DNA from: Methanomassiliicoccaceae archaeon
GTDB taxonomy: Archaea; Thermoplasmatota; Thermoplasmata; Methanomassiliicoccales; Methanomassiliicoccaceae
Assembly (NCBI GenBank): GCA_963728405.1
Contig: CAVSJV010000002.1
Location: 160,001-224,000, forward strand
Direction: 5' to 3'
DNA: 64,000 nt
Under the pieces are notes generated by a model, which was not told the origin of the DNA, did not search any database, and saw only the letters and a program-made list of their open reading frames with translations. Position numbers and translations under genes: made by a program. This document shows positions 45,798 to 56,374 of this stretch, piece after piece (the first letter of the stretch is position 1; every line of letters begins with the position of its first letter).

Positions 45798-46553
45798 ATG
45801 GTCCGCTTCTTCATCGGCTGCAGCGGGTGGAGCTATCCTGATTGGCACCGAAGATTTTATCCTGCCAGCATCCCGCCCAGGGAGTTCCTCCAGTATTATT
45901 CGAAAAGAATGAGCACCGTGGAGGTGAATATGACCTTTTACCACTTTCCCACGCCTAGCGTGGTCAATGATTGGTACTCGAACACCCCAGATGATTTCAT
46001 CTTCTCCGTCAAGATGAACAGGACCATAACTCATTATCGTAAGCTCAGGGACGTAGACCGATACGTCGAATCTTTTGTTAATATAATGTCGGGGTTTGAA
46101 GGAAAGCTTGGCCCCATATTGGTTCAGTTACCACCCAATCTCCCTCCCGATAACGTACTGCTTGAAAAATTTCTTATGGCCTTGCCTCGATCGGCCTCCT
46201 ACGCCATCGAGTTCAGGGACAGGAGCTGGCTAACCTCCAGGACCTATGACCTTTTGGAGAGGAATGGTGTGGCACTTGTCCTAACCGATCTCCCGGCTCC
46301 GAGGTCCGATGCGGTGGTGACCGCCGATTTGTGCTATATCCGGTGGCATGGACGTTCCGGACCGGGCTATGCGTATTCCATGGAGGAACTGAAAGTGTGG
46401 GCCGGTATCTTATTGGACCTTCCGGTCGATAGTGTCTTTGGATACTTCAATAATGATGTGGGGGCCGCGGCTCCTCGAAATGCCCTGGCCCTGCAACACA
46501 TCTTAGGTCCAAAGGGGGCGAACGGAAATGAGGTCAGCAAGGCAAGGCGATGA
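45798..46553 (+). CDS. DUF72 family protein
   Basis: IGCSGWSYPDW, VEVNMTFY, GPILVQLPP, AIEFR, YIRWHG, YFNND. Confidence 0.9.
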   Translation: MVRFFIGCSGWSYPDWHRRFYPASIPPREFLQYYSKRMSTVEVNMTFYHFPTPSVVNDWYSNTPDDFIFSVKMNRTITHYRKLRDVDRYVESFVNIMSGFEGKLGPILVQLPPNLPPDNVLLEKFLMALPRSASYAIEFRDRSWLTSRTYDLLERNGVALVLTDLPAPRSDAVVTADLCYIRWHGRSGPGYAYSMEELKVWAGILLDLPVDSVFGYFNNDVGAAAPRNALALQHILGPKGANGNEVSKARR

Positions 46554-46704
46554 CCTCGCTATTGGAGCATATCTGTAACTTTGGGCCTCATATAACTCGG
46601 TCAGGAACACTAGCAATTGTCCGACTAATACATTTTTTTGACCTTCGGCTACGATACTTTTATAGCACACTCCATTAATTTTCCGCGAGAAAAGGGGATC
46701 CATA

Positions 46705-47235
46705 ATGCCAGACATACGTCAGAGGGTCCAAGAGGACCAGGGAATCCTGAAGAAGATCCAGATGTTCGTCCCCGGCTTCCGGGGATATCGGCAACGGGAA
46801 GACCTCAGGGACGCCGATCGGATGCTACGGGACCAGCTGGCGAAGAAACTGGGCACCCAGCGTAAGCAGGTCGAGGATGCTCGCTCCCTCGTGTTGAACG
46901 CCTACAACTCCAAGGAGCTGGAGCTCATGGGCGGGGTCATCAACGAGTACAAGAAGGTCGAAGGACTAGTATCTCATTCCTCTCCCGGCTACTCGGGAAT
47001 ATCGGCTGATATCCAGTTCAAGCAGGATGAGATCTACCGCCTTTATGACTACGACGCGGCCATGATCGACGGCCTGGCGGCCCTGCAGCAAGGCATCGAG
47101 GCCATGAAGGCCGCTTTGGTCGCACAGGACAGCACTCGGGCCCAGCAGGATGTACTGCAGGTCAAGATGCTCATTACCAATTTTGAGGACCAGTTCAAAC
47201 GTCGCCTCGACATCATCCAGGGCACGGAGGTCTGA
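46705..47235 (+). CDS. Uncharacterised all-helical protein, first gene of the SPFH cluster
   Basis: 176-aa ORF with strong codon bias; VPGFRGYRQREDLRDADRMLR, RLYDYD. Confidence 0.8.
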   Translation: MPDIRQRVQEDQGILKKIQMFVPGFRGYRQREDLRDADRMLRDQLAKKLGTQRKQVEDARSLVLNAYNSKELELMGGVINEYKKVEGLVSHSSPGYSGISADIQFKQDEIYRLYDYDAAMIDGLAALQQGIEAMKAALVAQDSTRAQQDVLQVKMLITNFEDQFKRRLDIIQGTEV

Positions 47236-47237
47236 AC

Positions 47238-48368
47238 ATGAGCGTAATGGGATCGACCACCATCTCGTGGAACGATGCGGACAAGCGGACCAACATCATG
47301 TTCCGCAATCCCCGGCTGATCAGGTATAACGACAATGTAGTGGTTCGAGAGGACGAGATCGCCGTTTTCTACCGTGATGGTAAGGCCCTCACCTATTTCG
47401 ACCGCCCTGATCGTTACGCTCTTACTGACATCAACGCCCCTATCGTGGGAAAGCTGGTCAAGTTCCTCAGCGGGGTTCAGCAACAGGCTGAGGTCGTCTA
47501 CCTTCAGAAGCGGGTATTCGACGGCAAGTTTGGCTCCAAGCAGCCCTATCAGTTCCGGGACAAGGAGTTCGGGGTCGTCAATCTCCGGGTGTTCGGTGAG
47601 TTCCGTTACAAGATCTCACAGCCCGAGAACTTCGTCAACCAGTTCGTCGGTACCTTGAACTACGCCACCTCTGCGGAGGTGGAAGAACGCATCAAGGAAC
47701 AGATGGTAATCCTCATCTACAATGTGGTCGGCGAGATGAAGAACCAAGGAATGGGCGTGGCCGATTTAGCCTCTAGCCTCATGAACATCGAGCAGGGCGT
47801 GCTCACCAAGGCCAAGGACCACTACGACCTCTATGGTATCGGTGTGGATAAGGTCTCTGGTCTATACATCTCCCTGCCTGACGAGGTCCAGAAGGCCGTT
47901 GATACCAGGGCCTCCATGCAGGTTCTTGGTACCAACTACATCGGCTATCAGAGTGGTCAGGCCATGCGTGAAGCGGCCTCCAATCCCTCGGGCGGTGCGG
48001 CCGGGGTCGGCGTCGGCGTAGGGGCCGGGGTCGGTCTGGGATACACAATGGTCGATCAGATGAGGCAACAGCCCCCCTCTGGTCAACAGCAGAGTGGGGG
48101 AGGAGCAGTGCCGTTCGGTAACGCCAATACCATCAAGTGCCCGAAGTGTGGCGCGATGAACCCGCCCACCAACAAGTTCTGCTCTGAGTGCGGGACGAAG
48201 TTCGAGGCCGACAAGAAGTGCCCGAAGTGCGGGGCCAATGTACCGGCAGGCTCTAAGTTCTGTCCCGAGTGCGGGAACCCCATGAGCAACAAGAATTGCC
48301 CTAATTGCGGAGCGGAAGTGCCCGCGGGTACCAAGTTCTGTCCTGAGTGCGGCAAGCCTATACAATGA
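47238..48368 (+). CDS. SPFH protein (YdjI / 'virion core'-like) with three C-terminal Zn ribbons
   Basis: VVREDEIAVFYRDGK, AEVVY, GKFGSKQP, LRVFGEF, Gly-rich GVGVGVGAGVGLG, three CxxC..FCxxCG units. Confidence 0.88.
   Translation: MSVMGSTTISWNDADKRTNIMFRNPRLIRYNDNVVVREDEIAVFYRDGKALTYFDRPDRYALTDINAPIVGKLVKFLSGVQQQAEVVYLQKRVFDGKFGSKQPYQFRDKEFGVVNLRVFGEFRYKISQPENFVNQFVGTLNYATSAEVEERIKEQMVILIYNVVGEMKNQGMGVADLASSLMNIEQGVLTKAKDHYDLYGIGVDKVSGLYISLPDEVQKAVDTRASMQVLGTNYIGYQSGQAMREAASNPSGGAAGVGVGVGAGVGLGYTMVDQMRQQPPSGQQQSGGGAVPFGNANTIKCPKCGAMNPPTNKFCSECGTKFEADKKCPKCGANVPAGSKFCPECGNPMSNKNCPNCGAEVPAGTKFCPECGKPIQ
48130..48360 (+). repeat. Three ~78-81-nt intragenic repeats encoding Zn ribbons
   Basis: aagtgcccgaagtg(t/c)gg.. 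and aagttctg(c/t)..gagtgcgg recur three times. Confidence 0.75.
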
Positions 48369-48377
48369 GGTCCCACA

Positions 48378-49122
48378 ATGGCCCAGATCAAATGTCCGAA
48401 GTGTGCGGCACCAGTGGAGTTCGACGCTGGCACCAAGTTCACAAAATGCAGCTATTGTGGCTCGCTGATATACCTCGACCGCACTGGAGCGGGGTTCTAT
48501 TATGCCATCCCGTTCAGACTGAGCCAGAACGATGCCGTAGGTACGTTCCGGCGGTGGGCCGGCGGGTCCACCAAGGCCAAGGACCTGGACCGATTGGCCC
48601 AGGTCACGACGGTCAAGAAGCAGTATTTCCCAGTGTACCTGTTCCGCAGAGATGTGGGAGGCAAAGAGGAAGTGATCATCGAGCCGGCCGGATCTACCAT
48701 CCTGCCGGGGCTCCATCGTCTCAAGGTGCCCGGCGGGGACCTCAAGGATCTTCGACGCTACTTTCGATACCTCCGGGGCGGAGCTCATCAAGCCAGATAT
48801 CGAGATGCTCCACTATATGGATTCCTTACCGGGCAACGGGAAGGAGCAAGCGCTGGTTTTCTTCCCCATCTGGACCATCGAGTATACTTTCAACGGGGGG
48901 AAATATCAGGTAGTGGTGGACGCCTCTTCATCAGAAGTTTTCGCCGCGACCTTTCCCACCAGGAGCTCGGCCGCCTATATCATGGTGGCCTTGATCGGTT
49001 TTGTCGCCTTCCTGGCCGAAGGATTCCTGGCAACCCAGTTCCTGGTCCTCGCGCTCCTGTTGATGGCCTTGACGGTGGTAGCGGTGTTCTTCATTTCGCT
49101 CACCGTGGCAAGGAGGATGTAA
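48378..49122 (+). CDS. Zn-ribbon membrane protein (YdjG-like) 1, frameshift near 48750
   Basis: CPKC..CSYC, YFPVYLF; C-part FFPIWTIEY..VVDASSSEV plus a TM hairpin (ORF 48805..49122). Confidence 0.75.
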
Positions 49123-49123
49123 G

Positions 49124-50125
49124 ATGAGCGATCTGTCGGTCGGCCTAAGCTGCCCCTCCTGCGGGGGTGCCATATCTATCAAGGAAGGCGACAATGTCGT
49201 TAATTGCCAGTACTGCGGATCGACCCTTTTCATCGAAGGGGACCAGGGAGTGCAGACCATCGCATTCAAGAATAAGATGGGCCGTGAGGCAGCCGTCAAC
49301 GCCGCCCAGTTCTGGTGGAAGAAAGGCTTCAAGGCCCGGGACCTGCGCAAGACCGGCGTGGTCATCGAGTGTTACCCCATCTACCTACCGTTCTGGAGCA
49401 TAGGGACGAGGGTGGCAGGATGGGTATGCGGTTATGAAGAGAGGACCCATACAGATTCTAAAGGCCGCTCCCATACTGAGAAGGTCTACAAAGAGGAAAT
49501 GGTCCTCCATGACATGGTGTTCTCGGAGATCGCCTGCGACCCCGGGGACCTGGGCCTCCGCACCATGCGCAACTTCTCTGGTGAATCGTCATTTGAGGAC
49601 TTCGATATGATCCCCACCTTCGAGTCGACCACCAGCCATGACGATGCCAACGCGCATGCCAAGGCCGACTCCATCGAACGAGGGCGGGCGTCTGCTCATG
49701 TCCCCCATGTAACTTTTGAGAAACTACATGTCCTTATCAGAAATACATCCATGATATACTACCCCGTCTGGGTGGTCCGCTACAATTACAAAGAAAGGAT
49801 GTACATCCTCACCGTCGATGGGGTGACCGGACAGGTGCTCTCGGGTCGTGCTCCAGGCGATCCCCTGTTCCAGAGCCTGGCGGTGACCGCAGGGACGTCC
49901 ATCGGTGGGCTGGCCGCGGCCGGCGGCATACTGTTCACGGTGGAGTCCGGATCGGAGTTCGGCATCGCCGGAGTGATCTTTGGGCTCATCGTTCTGGGGG
50001 CCACCTATTTCTTCTTCAGGCACGGGTCTGAGATCATCGAGGGTGACTTTGCCGATAAGAAGAGGATGATGAACCTCAAGCAGATGGCCGACATCGGTAA
50101 AACCATAGGGGGGGCATACAGATGA
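49124..50125 (+). CDS. Zn-ribbon membrane protein (YdjG-like) 2
   Basis: CPSC..CQYC, YLPFW, YYPVWVVRY, VDGVTGQVLSGRAP, TM hairpin. Confidence 0.8.
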   Translation: MSDLSVGLSCPSCGGAISIKEGDNVVNCQYCGSTLFIEGDQGVQTIAFKNKMGREAAVNAAQFWWKKGFKARDLRKTGVVIECYPIYLPFWSIGTRVAGWVCGYEERTHTDSKGRSHTEKVYKEEMVLHDMVFSEIACDPGDLGLRTMRNFSGESSFEDFDMIPTFESTTSHDDANAHAKADSIERGRASAHVPHVTFEKLHVLIRNTSMIYYPVWVVRYNYKERMYILTVDGVTGQVLSGRAPGDPLFQSLAVTAGTSIGGLAAAGGILFTVESGSEFGIAGVIFGLIVLGATYFFFRHGSEIIEGDFADKKRMMNLKQMADIGKTIGGAYR

Positions 50126-50712
50126 AAGTGAGCCAGGTCAAATGCCCACAATGTGGCCAGGCCATCTATGAGAAGCAGAAGGACGAGATGTTCCACTGCC
50201 AAAACTGCGGCACCATCCACTATCGGGACCTGCACGGCGTGCACAGGGTGGCCTATGAGATCGCCGTAGCGACGAGCAATGCGGCCGGGCAGAGGTACTA
50301 TATGCCCTTCTGGCGACTGTACTGCAACTTCAATATAAGATCCCGGAACGTAGAGGGGGGGTTCCTGCACAAGCTCTCCAACATGGTCAACGGGGGCGAT
50401 AACGGCGGCGCGTTGTACATCTTCGTGCCTGCCTCGGATGTCGATACCGCCACCTTTCGACACTGGGCGGTGGCTCTGACGAACTCCAACCCCCGGTATG
50501 GGGTCCGGTCGGACTTCAACAACACCGAGCGGCTGTCCACAACGATCAATCAAGAGGAGGCCATCGAGATGGCCGATTTCGTGGCCGTGACCCTTGAGGC
50601 GGAGAAGCCAGGGACCCTGCAATACCTTGACTATGATCTCAAGGTGCAGGAGGCCAAGCTCGTCTATCTACCTTTCGTGCAAGGGCCCAATGGTCTCCAG
50701 CTGGCCTTGTGA
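50122..50712 (+). CDS. Soluble Zn-ribbon protein (YdjG-like) 3
   Basis: CPQC..CQNC, YYMPFW, LVYLPF; no TM. Confidence 0.75.
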   Translation: MKVSQVKCPQCGQAIYEKQKDEMFHCQNCGTIHYRDLHGVHRVAYEIAVATSNAAGQRYYMPFWRLYCNFNIRSRNVEGGFLHKLSNMVNGGDNGGALYIFVPASDVDTATFRHWAVALTNSNPRYGVRSDFNNTERLSTTINQEEAIEMADFVAVTLEAEKPGTLQYLDYDLKVQEAKLVYLPFVQGPNGLQLAL

Positions 50713-50829
50713 AGCGTTCGTCTAGCGAGGCAGGGGCTCGCACAAAAAGGTAAACCCCCTTTCCCTTTTCCCTCGGGAGGCTTCTCTTCCAGGCATATCC
50801 TTTTGAACTAGCTCGCTATTTTTTACTGC

Positions 50830-51300
50830 ATGACCGGAGCGGATCTAGGGCTCATTTTTATCATCATTGGAGTGCTCATGTTGCTGGCCGAGGCGGTGAC
50901 CCCAGGCGCGTTCCTGGTCGTTCCGGCCACGGTCCTGCTTGTGTTGGGAGCGCTGGGCCTGGTCGCGCCAGACCTTTTGTTGAGCATCTGGTCTCCGATC
51001 CTCGCCGTCGTGATCGGTGTACCGGTGTTCATCCTCACAGTCAAGATGTACCAGAAATTGTCGCCCCTCAGGCCTCCCACCACCACAGTGGCCACGTCTC
51101 TTATCGGGATGGAGGGCTTGGTCATCACCGATACCTGCCCAAACACTCTTAAGGGCAAAGTGAAGATAGAGAACGATATATGGAGCGCCACTTCAACACG
51201 CCCGGTTCCGGCCGGATATAGGGTGAAGGTTGTAGAAAGTGAAGGTGTTCATGTTAAGGTCGAGCCTATCGGGGACGTCCCCGAGGCCGAATGCAAGTAA
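50830..51300 (+). CDS. nfeD: NfeD family protein (short form)
   Basis: LAEAVTPG, about 3 TM, OB-fold LIGMEG..GKVKIENDIWSA..VKVVESEGVHVKVEP. Confidence 0.88.
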   Translation: MTGADLGLIFIIIGVLMLLAEAVTPGAFLVVPATVLLVLGALGLVAPDLLLSIWSPILAVVIGVPVFILTVKMYQKLSPLRPPTTTVATSLIGMEGLVITDTCPNTLKGKVKIENDIWSATSTRPVPAGYRVKVVESEGVHVKVEPIGDVPEAECK

Positions 51301-51312
51301 GGGGGAGAAGAC

Positions 51313-52423
51313 ATGGTTGATGTTGTAACAGTAGCATTGTTGGTACTGGCCATTGTGGCCGCAGTATTGATCCTGATAACCGGAATACATATGCGTCAAG
51401 CCGTACGAGCAGGCAATCTATATCCTGCTAGGGACGTATAAAAGAATCTTGAATCCAGGGTTCAACTATGTGGTCCCATTGATCAGCCAAGTGGTGACAT
51501 TGGACCTTCGTACCCAGGTCTTGGACGTGCCGAGGCAGGAGGTCATCACCAAGGATAATTCGCCAACCAATGTGGACGCCATCATCTACTCTAAGGTCAT
51601 CGATCCGAAGAAAGCTTTCTTCCAGGTTACGAACTACCGCTCTGCCACCGTCTATCTGGCCCAGACCACCCTCCGGTCGGTCGTGGGCGATATGGAACTT
51701 GATGAGATCCTTTCCAGTAGGGAAAAGATCAACCTGCGTCTCAGAGACATTCTGGATGAGGCCACCGACAAGTGGGGTGTCAAGGTAGAGGCCGTGGAGA
51801 TAAGGGAGGTCGATCCCGCCCCCAAGGTCAAGCAGGCCATGGAGGAGCAGACCTCCGCGGAGAGGATGAGGCGGGCCACGATCCTGAAGGCCGATGGTGA
51901 GAAGAGAGGTGCGATCCTAAGCGCCGAGGGTAAGAAGCGGTCCCGTATCTTGGAGGCAGAAGGTGTCCGCCAGTCCAAGATATTGGAGGCAGAAGGTGAG
52001 AGGCTTGCCATCATATTGCAGAGCCAGGGTGATGCCCAGAAGTTGCGGATTCTTTCCTTGGGGGCGAGCCCCCTGGACTCCAAGGCATTGGCGGTCCTCT
52101 CGATGCAGACCATGCAGGCCCTCGGTGCCTCACCGTCGACCAAGTGGATAATACCCTTTGAGGTTACCAAGATCATGGAGGGGATGTCCGAGTTCCTGGG
52201 TGTTTCCAGGCAGACCCCGGCCAGAGAGGTGTCCAATCGTGAAGAGGTTGAAAAGGCTGTCGGGAAGGTCGATGATATCCTCGGCCCCATCCCTTCGGCC
52301 GAGGAGCTGCGCGCCGAGCTCAAATCCCTCGAGGCCAGCATGGCCGTGGAGAAGGCTGAGGCCGAGGCCATCGGGGCTCTTGGCAAGGGCAAACCCGACA
52401 AGGACATGCTGAACCCGGTGTAA
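51313..52423 (+). CDS. SPFH/band-7 stomatin-like protein (QmcA type), frameshift near 51390
   Basis: N-terminal TM, QEVITKDN, AQTTLRSVVGDMELD, WGVKVEAVEI, AERMRRA..AEG repeats. Confidence 0.9.
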
Positions 52424-52602
52424 GTTATCTCGACCGCACGGCGGTCCCCTTCCTTTTTTTTCCATTTTTGACGCCACTTTGCATTATATTGGACATTTAG
52501 GAAAAATGGACGACAATACAATCAAAATGTCCGATTCTTAACATTTAAATAGTATTCGGGAGTACCCAGGCTGAGCCGTCTATCGGTTTGGAGAGCAATC
52601 TC

Positions 52603-53321
52603 ATGTCCATCATTCGCTGCGATAATGTAACAAAAACCTATGTTACTGGGGATATCGTCGTCCAGGCCCTCAAGGGCATTTCCATGGAGATCGGGCAGGG
52701 GGAGATGGTTGCTGTAATGGGTCCGTCTGGCTGCGGCAAGACCACACTGCTTAATTGTCTGTCGGGCATCGACGAGGTGACCTCAGGTAAGATATTCATC
52801 GAGGACCAGGAGATCACATCGATGAACGACAATGGTAAGACCAACTTCCGTGCCAAGAGGATGGGGTTTGTCTTCCAGTTCTATAATCTACTTCCAGTGC
52901 TGACCGCCACCGAGAACGTTGAGCTTCCCTGCTAATCGCGGGAACGACCCCCCAAGAGGCGAGGAAGAAAGCGTTGGAACTGTTGAACGCGGTGGGCCTC
53001 ACTCCGAGAGCGGCCCTGCGGCCCAATGCCCTGTCTGGCGGGGAGCGCCAGAGAGTTACCAGTGCACGCGCTTTATCGAACACTCCTGCCATCGTCTGGG
53101 CCGATGAGCCCACCGGGGACCTGGATGTCAAGACCTCCGATGAGGTCGTCGCTCTCATGCGCCGCCTGAACAAGGAGAACGGTCAGACATTTGTGATCGT
53201 CACCCACGACCCGGAGGTCGGAGCGAAGTGCGATCGTATCATTCACATGAGGGATGGACAGATCGTCACAACCAATGGCAACATCAAGCACATATCCGAA
53301 GAGATCAAGCAGATGGGGTGA
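52603..53321 (+). CDS. LolD/MacB-type ABC ATPase, frameshift near 52930
   Basis: [41 protein letters not shown]. Confidence 0.88.
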
Positions 53322-53346
53322 GCGTCTGTCGATCCGCTCGGCAATA

Positions 53347-56298
53347 ATGGCCGCGGCCCTCGTGGCCCTCATATTCCTCTCCCTGGTCTTCCTGCCGGTC
53401 ACCTTTGCGGTCATGGCGGTCATAGGCCTAATAATCCTATACATCCTGGCCGACGCTCTTGGCAACCGAATGTTGTTCAAGATGTCCATCCGCAACGTCA
53501 TCCGGCGGCCGTCCACCACAGCACTGGTCCTCGGCGGTCTGATGGTCGGAACGGCCATCATCTCCGCCTCGCTCATCGTAGGGGACACCCTGGACAATAT
53601 GATCGTCGGCGAGGTCGCCAAAGGGTATGGCGACCTAGATTTCTCGATAGGGGGTACCGGCGAAGGTAACAACACCACAGGATTCTATTCCTTCGCGCTT
53701 GTCTCTCCGGTTCAGGACCAGGTCCGCAACCTCAGTCATGTGGATGGAGCGGAATGGACCCTATGGACGTCATCGGGCATCAAAAGTGTCCGGTCCAATC
53801 TATCCCAGCCCTCGGTCGAAATCATGGGTATGACTAGTGGTGTGGTGAGGGACTTCGGAGGGTTCAGCGCCGCCAATGGCTCGACCATCGCCAATCTCCC
53901 TCCGGCCGGCAGCGCCTATGTCAACCAGAAGCTGGCTGACAAGCTAGAAATCGTTGATGGTGACACCATCAACCTGGTGAGGGACCAATCCCACCAGGCA
54001 AGCTACACCGTGATCCTGGTCCAGGACAACAAGATGGCCGCCTTGAGCGCCAGCATCTATGTGGACCTGATCTCCGCCCAGGAGTTGAGCGGCCAATCTG
54101 GGATGGTCAACTCCCTGTTCGTATCCCTTGATTCTCAAGGCCGGCAAGACATCAACGCCAGCCGCACCGAGGTCAACACCACCGTAGCTGGGTTCCAGGG
54201 GCTTCATCTCAAGATCAACAACGACCGGGCCCAGGCCATCGCCGATGGCAAGTCCAATGTGGCCATGTTCACCTCCTTGTTCTTCGTGTTCGGTTCGTTC
54301 TCCATCATCGCGGGCATCGCACTGATCATCAACATCTTCACCATGCTTGGCGAGGAACGAAAGGGTGAGATGGGCGTGGCCCGCGCGGTCGGAATGCAGA
54401 GGAACCACCTGAGAAAATTGTTCACCTACGAAGGCCTAATCTATGCTGCCTCCGCCGCTGCGATCGGCACTATGGTCGGGCTTCTCCTGGCCTATGTCCT
54501 CATCAACGCCGCCGGTGCTCTAATCGACATGGGGAGCGTTTCCATCAGTCAATACTTCACCTTCACGCCGTTCTCGCTGGCGATCGCCTACCTGGGAGGT
54601 TTCGCCCTTACCCTGGTAACGGTCTACTTCGTGACCCGGCGCATATCGAACATGAACATCGTCCGGGCCGTCCGCAACATTCCCGAGCCTGGTAAGTCCA
54701 GAGAGGACAAGGGGCTGTTCCGGATGGGTCTGTTGCTCCTTGGCGTCGGCGTAATAATCATGCTGCTGGGTATGCAGGGCAAGAGCCAGGCCCTCTCCAT
54801 GAGCGGCCTCTCCTGCATCACCCTCTCCGCCGGTCTGCTGGCCCGTAAGTATGTCAGTGACCGCATCGCATGGAACATTGCCGGTATCGCGACCTTGTTC
54901 ATTTGGTTGCCCAAGGGTTTTGAGATATTCCCTTATAGCGGGGATATCGAGATGTTCGTCATCGCCGGGGTGTTCATGGTCTCGTCCCTGCTGATCGTGG
55001 TCATGTTCAACTCTGACTCTATCGTATACCTGATAACCAAGGTGTTACGGGTCAGGGGCGGTTATAAGGCCGTGATCAAGACGGCCATATCTTATCCTTT
55101 GCGGGCCAAGGTCCGCACGGCCTTGAGCATCTTCATTTTCGGTCTGGTTATCTTTACGGTCACCACTCTGTCAATGATGTCGGGCATGCTGGGAGCGGGC
55201 ATTCCCAAGATCATCAGCGAGACCTCTGGTGGTTTCGATGTGATAGCGAACTCCGGTACGCCGGTGGACATGTGGAATGAGATCAATTCTACCTCTGGCC
55301 TAGTGGACCGAGCTAACATCTCGTCCATGGTGCAGCTGAGCGCGGGCTTCCTCCAGGTCACCATGAACCGGACCGATTCGGTCACCGAATTAACGAAAGA
55401 GACGAAGTTCTACTATAGTGCCATAGGCATAAACGACGACCTTTACACGATAGGCAACTATCCATTGAAGGAATGGAACACTACGCTGTATCCGAACGAG
55501 GCGGACGTCTGGCATGCCTCCGAGGCCAACAGCTCGCTGGTCATCATGGATGGCACCGCCGGCAGTAGCAGTGGTGGCTTCGGCATGAGCTTCGGCAGCG
55601 GCCAGTTCGTCGGGACCAATGTCGGCGACAGCTTCGTGCTCACTGACCATCAGGGCGTGAATAGGACGGTCACGGTCATTGGTATCATGAAGCAGAGCGC
55701 TTTCAATGGCGTTTTCATGAATGCTGACTATGTCCGCAACAATCTGGAGGTCAACGGCACCAACCTCTTCCTGATCAAGCTCGCCGGGGACGCGGATGCT
55801 GACAAGCAGGCCACCCTGATCCAGAACCAGTTCTGGGAATACAGTGTAAGCACAATTCCCATGAAGACCCTGGCCAAGCAGGTGGTCAGCCAGATCGATG
55901 GTATCTTCAACCTCATCAAGGCTTTCCTAGCTCTCGGCCTCATCATAGGCATCACCGGGCTGGGGATAATCACCATCCGGTCCATCCACGAGCGGCGGAT
56001 CGAGATCGGTATGATGAGGGCGATCGGCTACACCAAGCGCATGGTGGTGGCGAACTTCGCGCTGGAATCTGCTTTCGTATCCGTGCTAGGCATCCTGATC
56101 GGGACCGTCTTGGGAATGATCGTCGGATATCAGCTATGGGACACCAGTTTCCAGACCATGGGGATGGACTTCATCATCGCCTGGGAGCCGATCCTCCTGG
56201 TCGGAATCTTGTCCTTCCTGGCCACCCTCCTGAGCGTCTATCCTGCCGCGAGGGGCGCCAGCAAGGTGTCTCCGGCCGAGGTCCTGCGGTTCGAGTGA
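53347..56298 (+). CDS. Large FtsX/MacB-type ABC permease (two permease repeats); start uncertain
   Basis: EERKGEMGVARAVG and HERRIEIGMMRAIG, two large extracellular domains, PARGASKVSPAEVLR. Confidence 0.88.
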   Translation: MAAALVALIFLSLVFLPVTFAVMAVIGLIILYILADALGNRMLFKMSIRNVIRRPSTTALVLGGLMVGTAIISASLIVGDTLDNMIVGEVAKGYGDLDFSIGGTGEGNNTTGFYSFALVSPVQDQVRNLSHVDGAEWTLWTSSGIKSVRSNLSQPSVEIMGMTSGVVRDFGGFSAANGSTIANLPPAGSAYVNQKLADKLEIVDGDTINLVRDQSHQASYTVILVQDNKMAALSASIYVDLISAQELSGQSGMVNSLFVSLDSQGRQDINASRTEVNTTVAGFQGLHLKINNDRAQAIADGKSNVAMFTSLFFVFGSFSIIAGIALIINIFTMLGEERKGEMGVARAVGMQRNHLRKLFTYEGLIYAASAAAIGTMVGLLLAYVLINAAGALIDMGSVSISQYFTFTPFSLAIAYLGGFALTLVTVYFVTRRISNMNIVRAVRNIPEPGKSREDKGLFRMGLLLLGVGVIIMLLGMQGKSQALSMSGLSCITLSAGLLARKYVSDRIAWNIAGIATLFIWLPKGFEIFPYSGDIEMFVIAGVFMVSSLLIVVMFNSDSIVYLITKVLRVRGGYKAVIKTAISYPLRAKVRTALSIFIFGLVIFTVTTLSMMSGMLGAGIPKIISETSGGFDVIANSGTPVDMWNEINSTSGLVDRANISSMVQLSAGFLQVTMNRTDSVTELTKETKFYYSAIGINDDLYTIGNYPLKEWNTTLYPNEADVWHASEANSSLVIMDGTAGSSSGGFGMSFGSGQFVGTNVGDSFVLTDHQGVNRTVTVIGIMKQSAFNGVFMNADYVRNNLEVNGTNLFLIKLAGDADADKQATLIQNQFWEYSVSTIPMKTLAKQVVSQIDGIFNLIKAFLALGLIIGITGLGIITIRSIHERRIEIGMMRAIGYTKRMVVANFALESAFVSVLGILIGTVLGMIVGYQLWDTSFQTMGMDFIIAWEPILLVGILSFLATLLSVYPAARGASKVSPAEVLRFE

Positions 56299-56374
56299 GC
56301 CTACCAAACCCCTTCCATTCTCATATTTTTGAACAGCAGGATTCAAAGCCGGGTAAGTTGATTCCCTTGGGCAC

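Noticed and set aside
48130-48440. CRISPR-like or DGR-like repeats
   Set aside because: The repeats are in-frame Zn-ribbon codons; no cas or reverse transcriptase gene and no array seen in the window.
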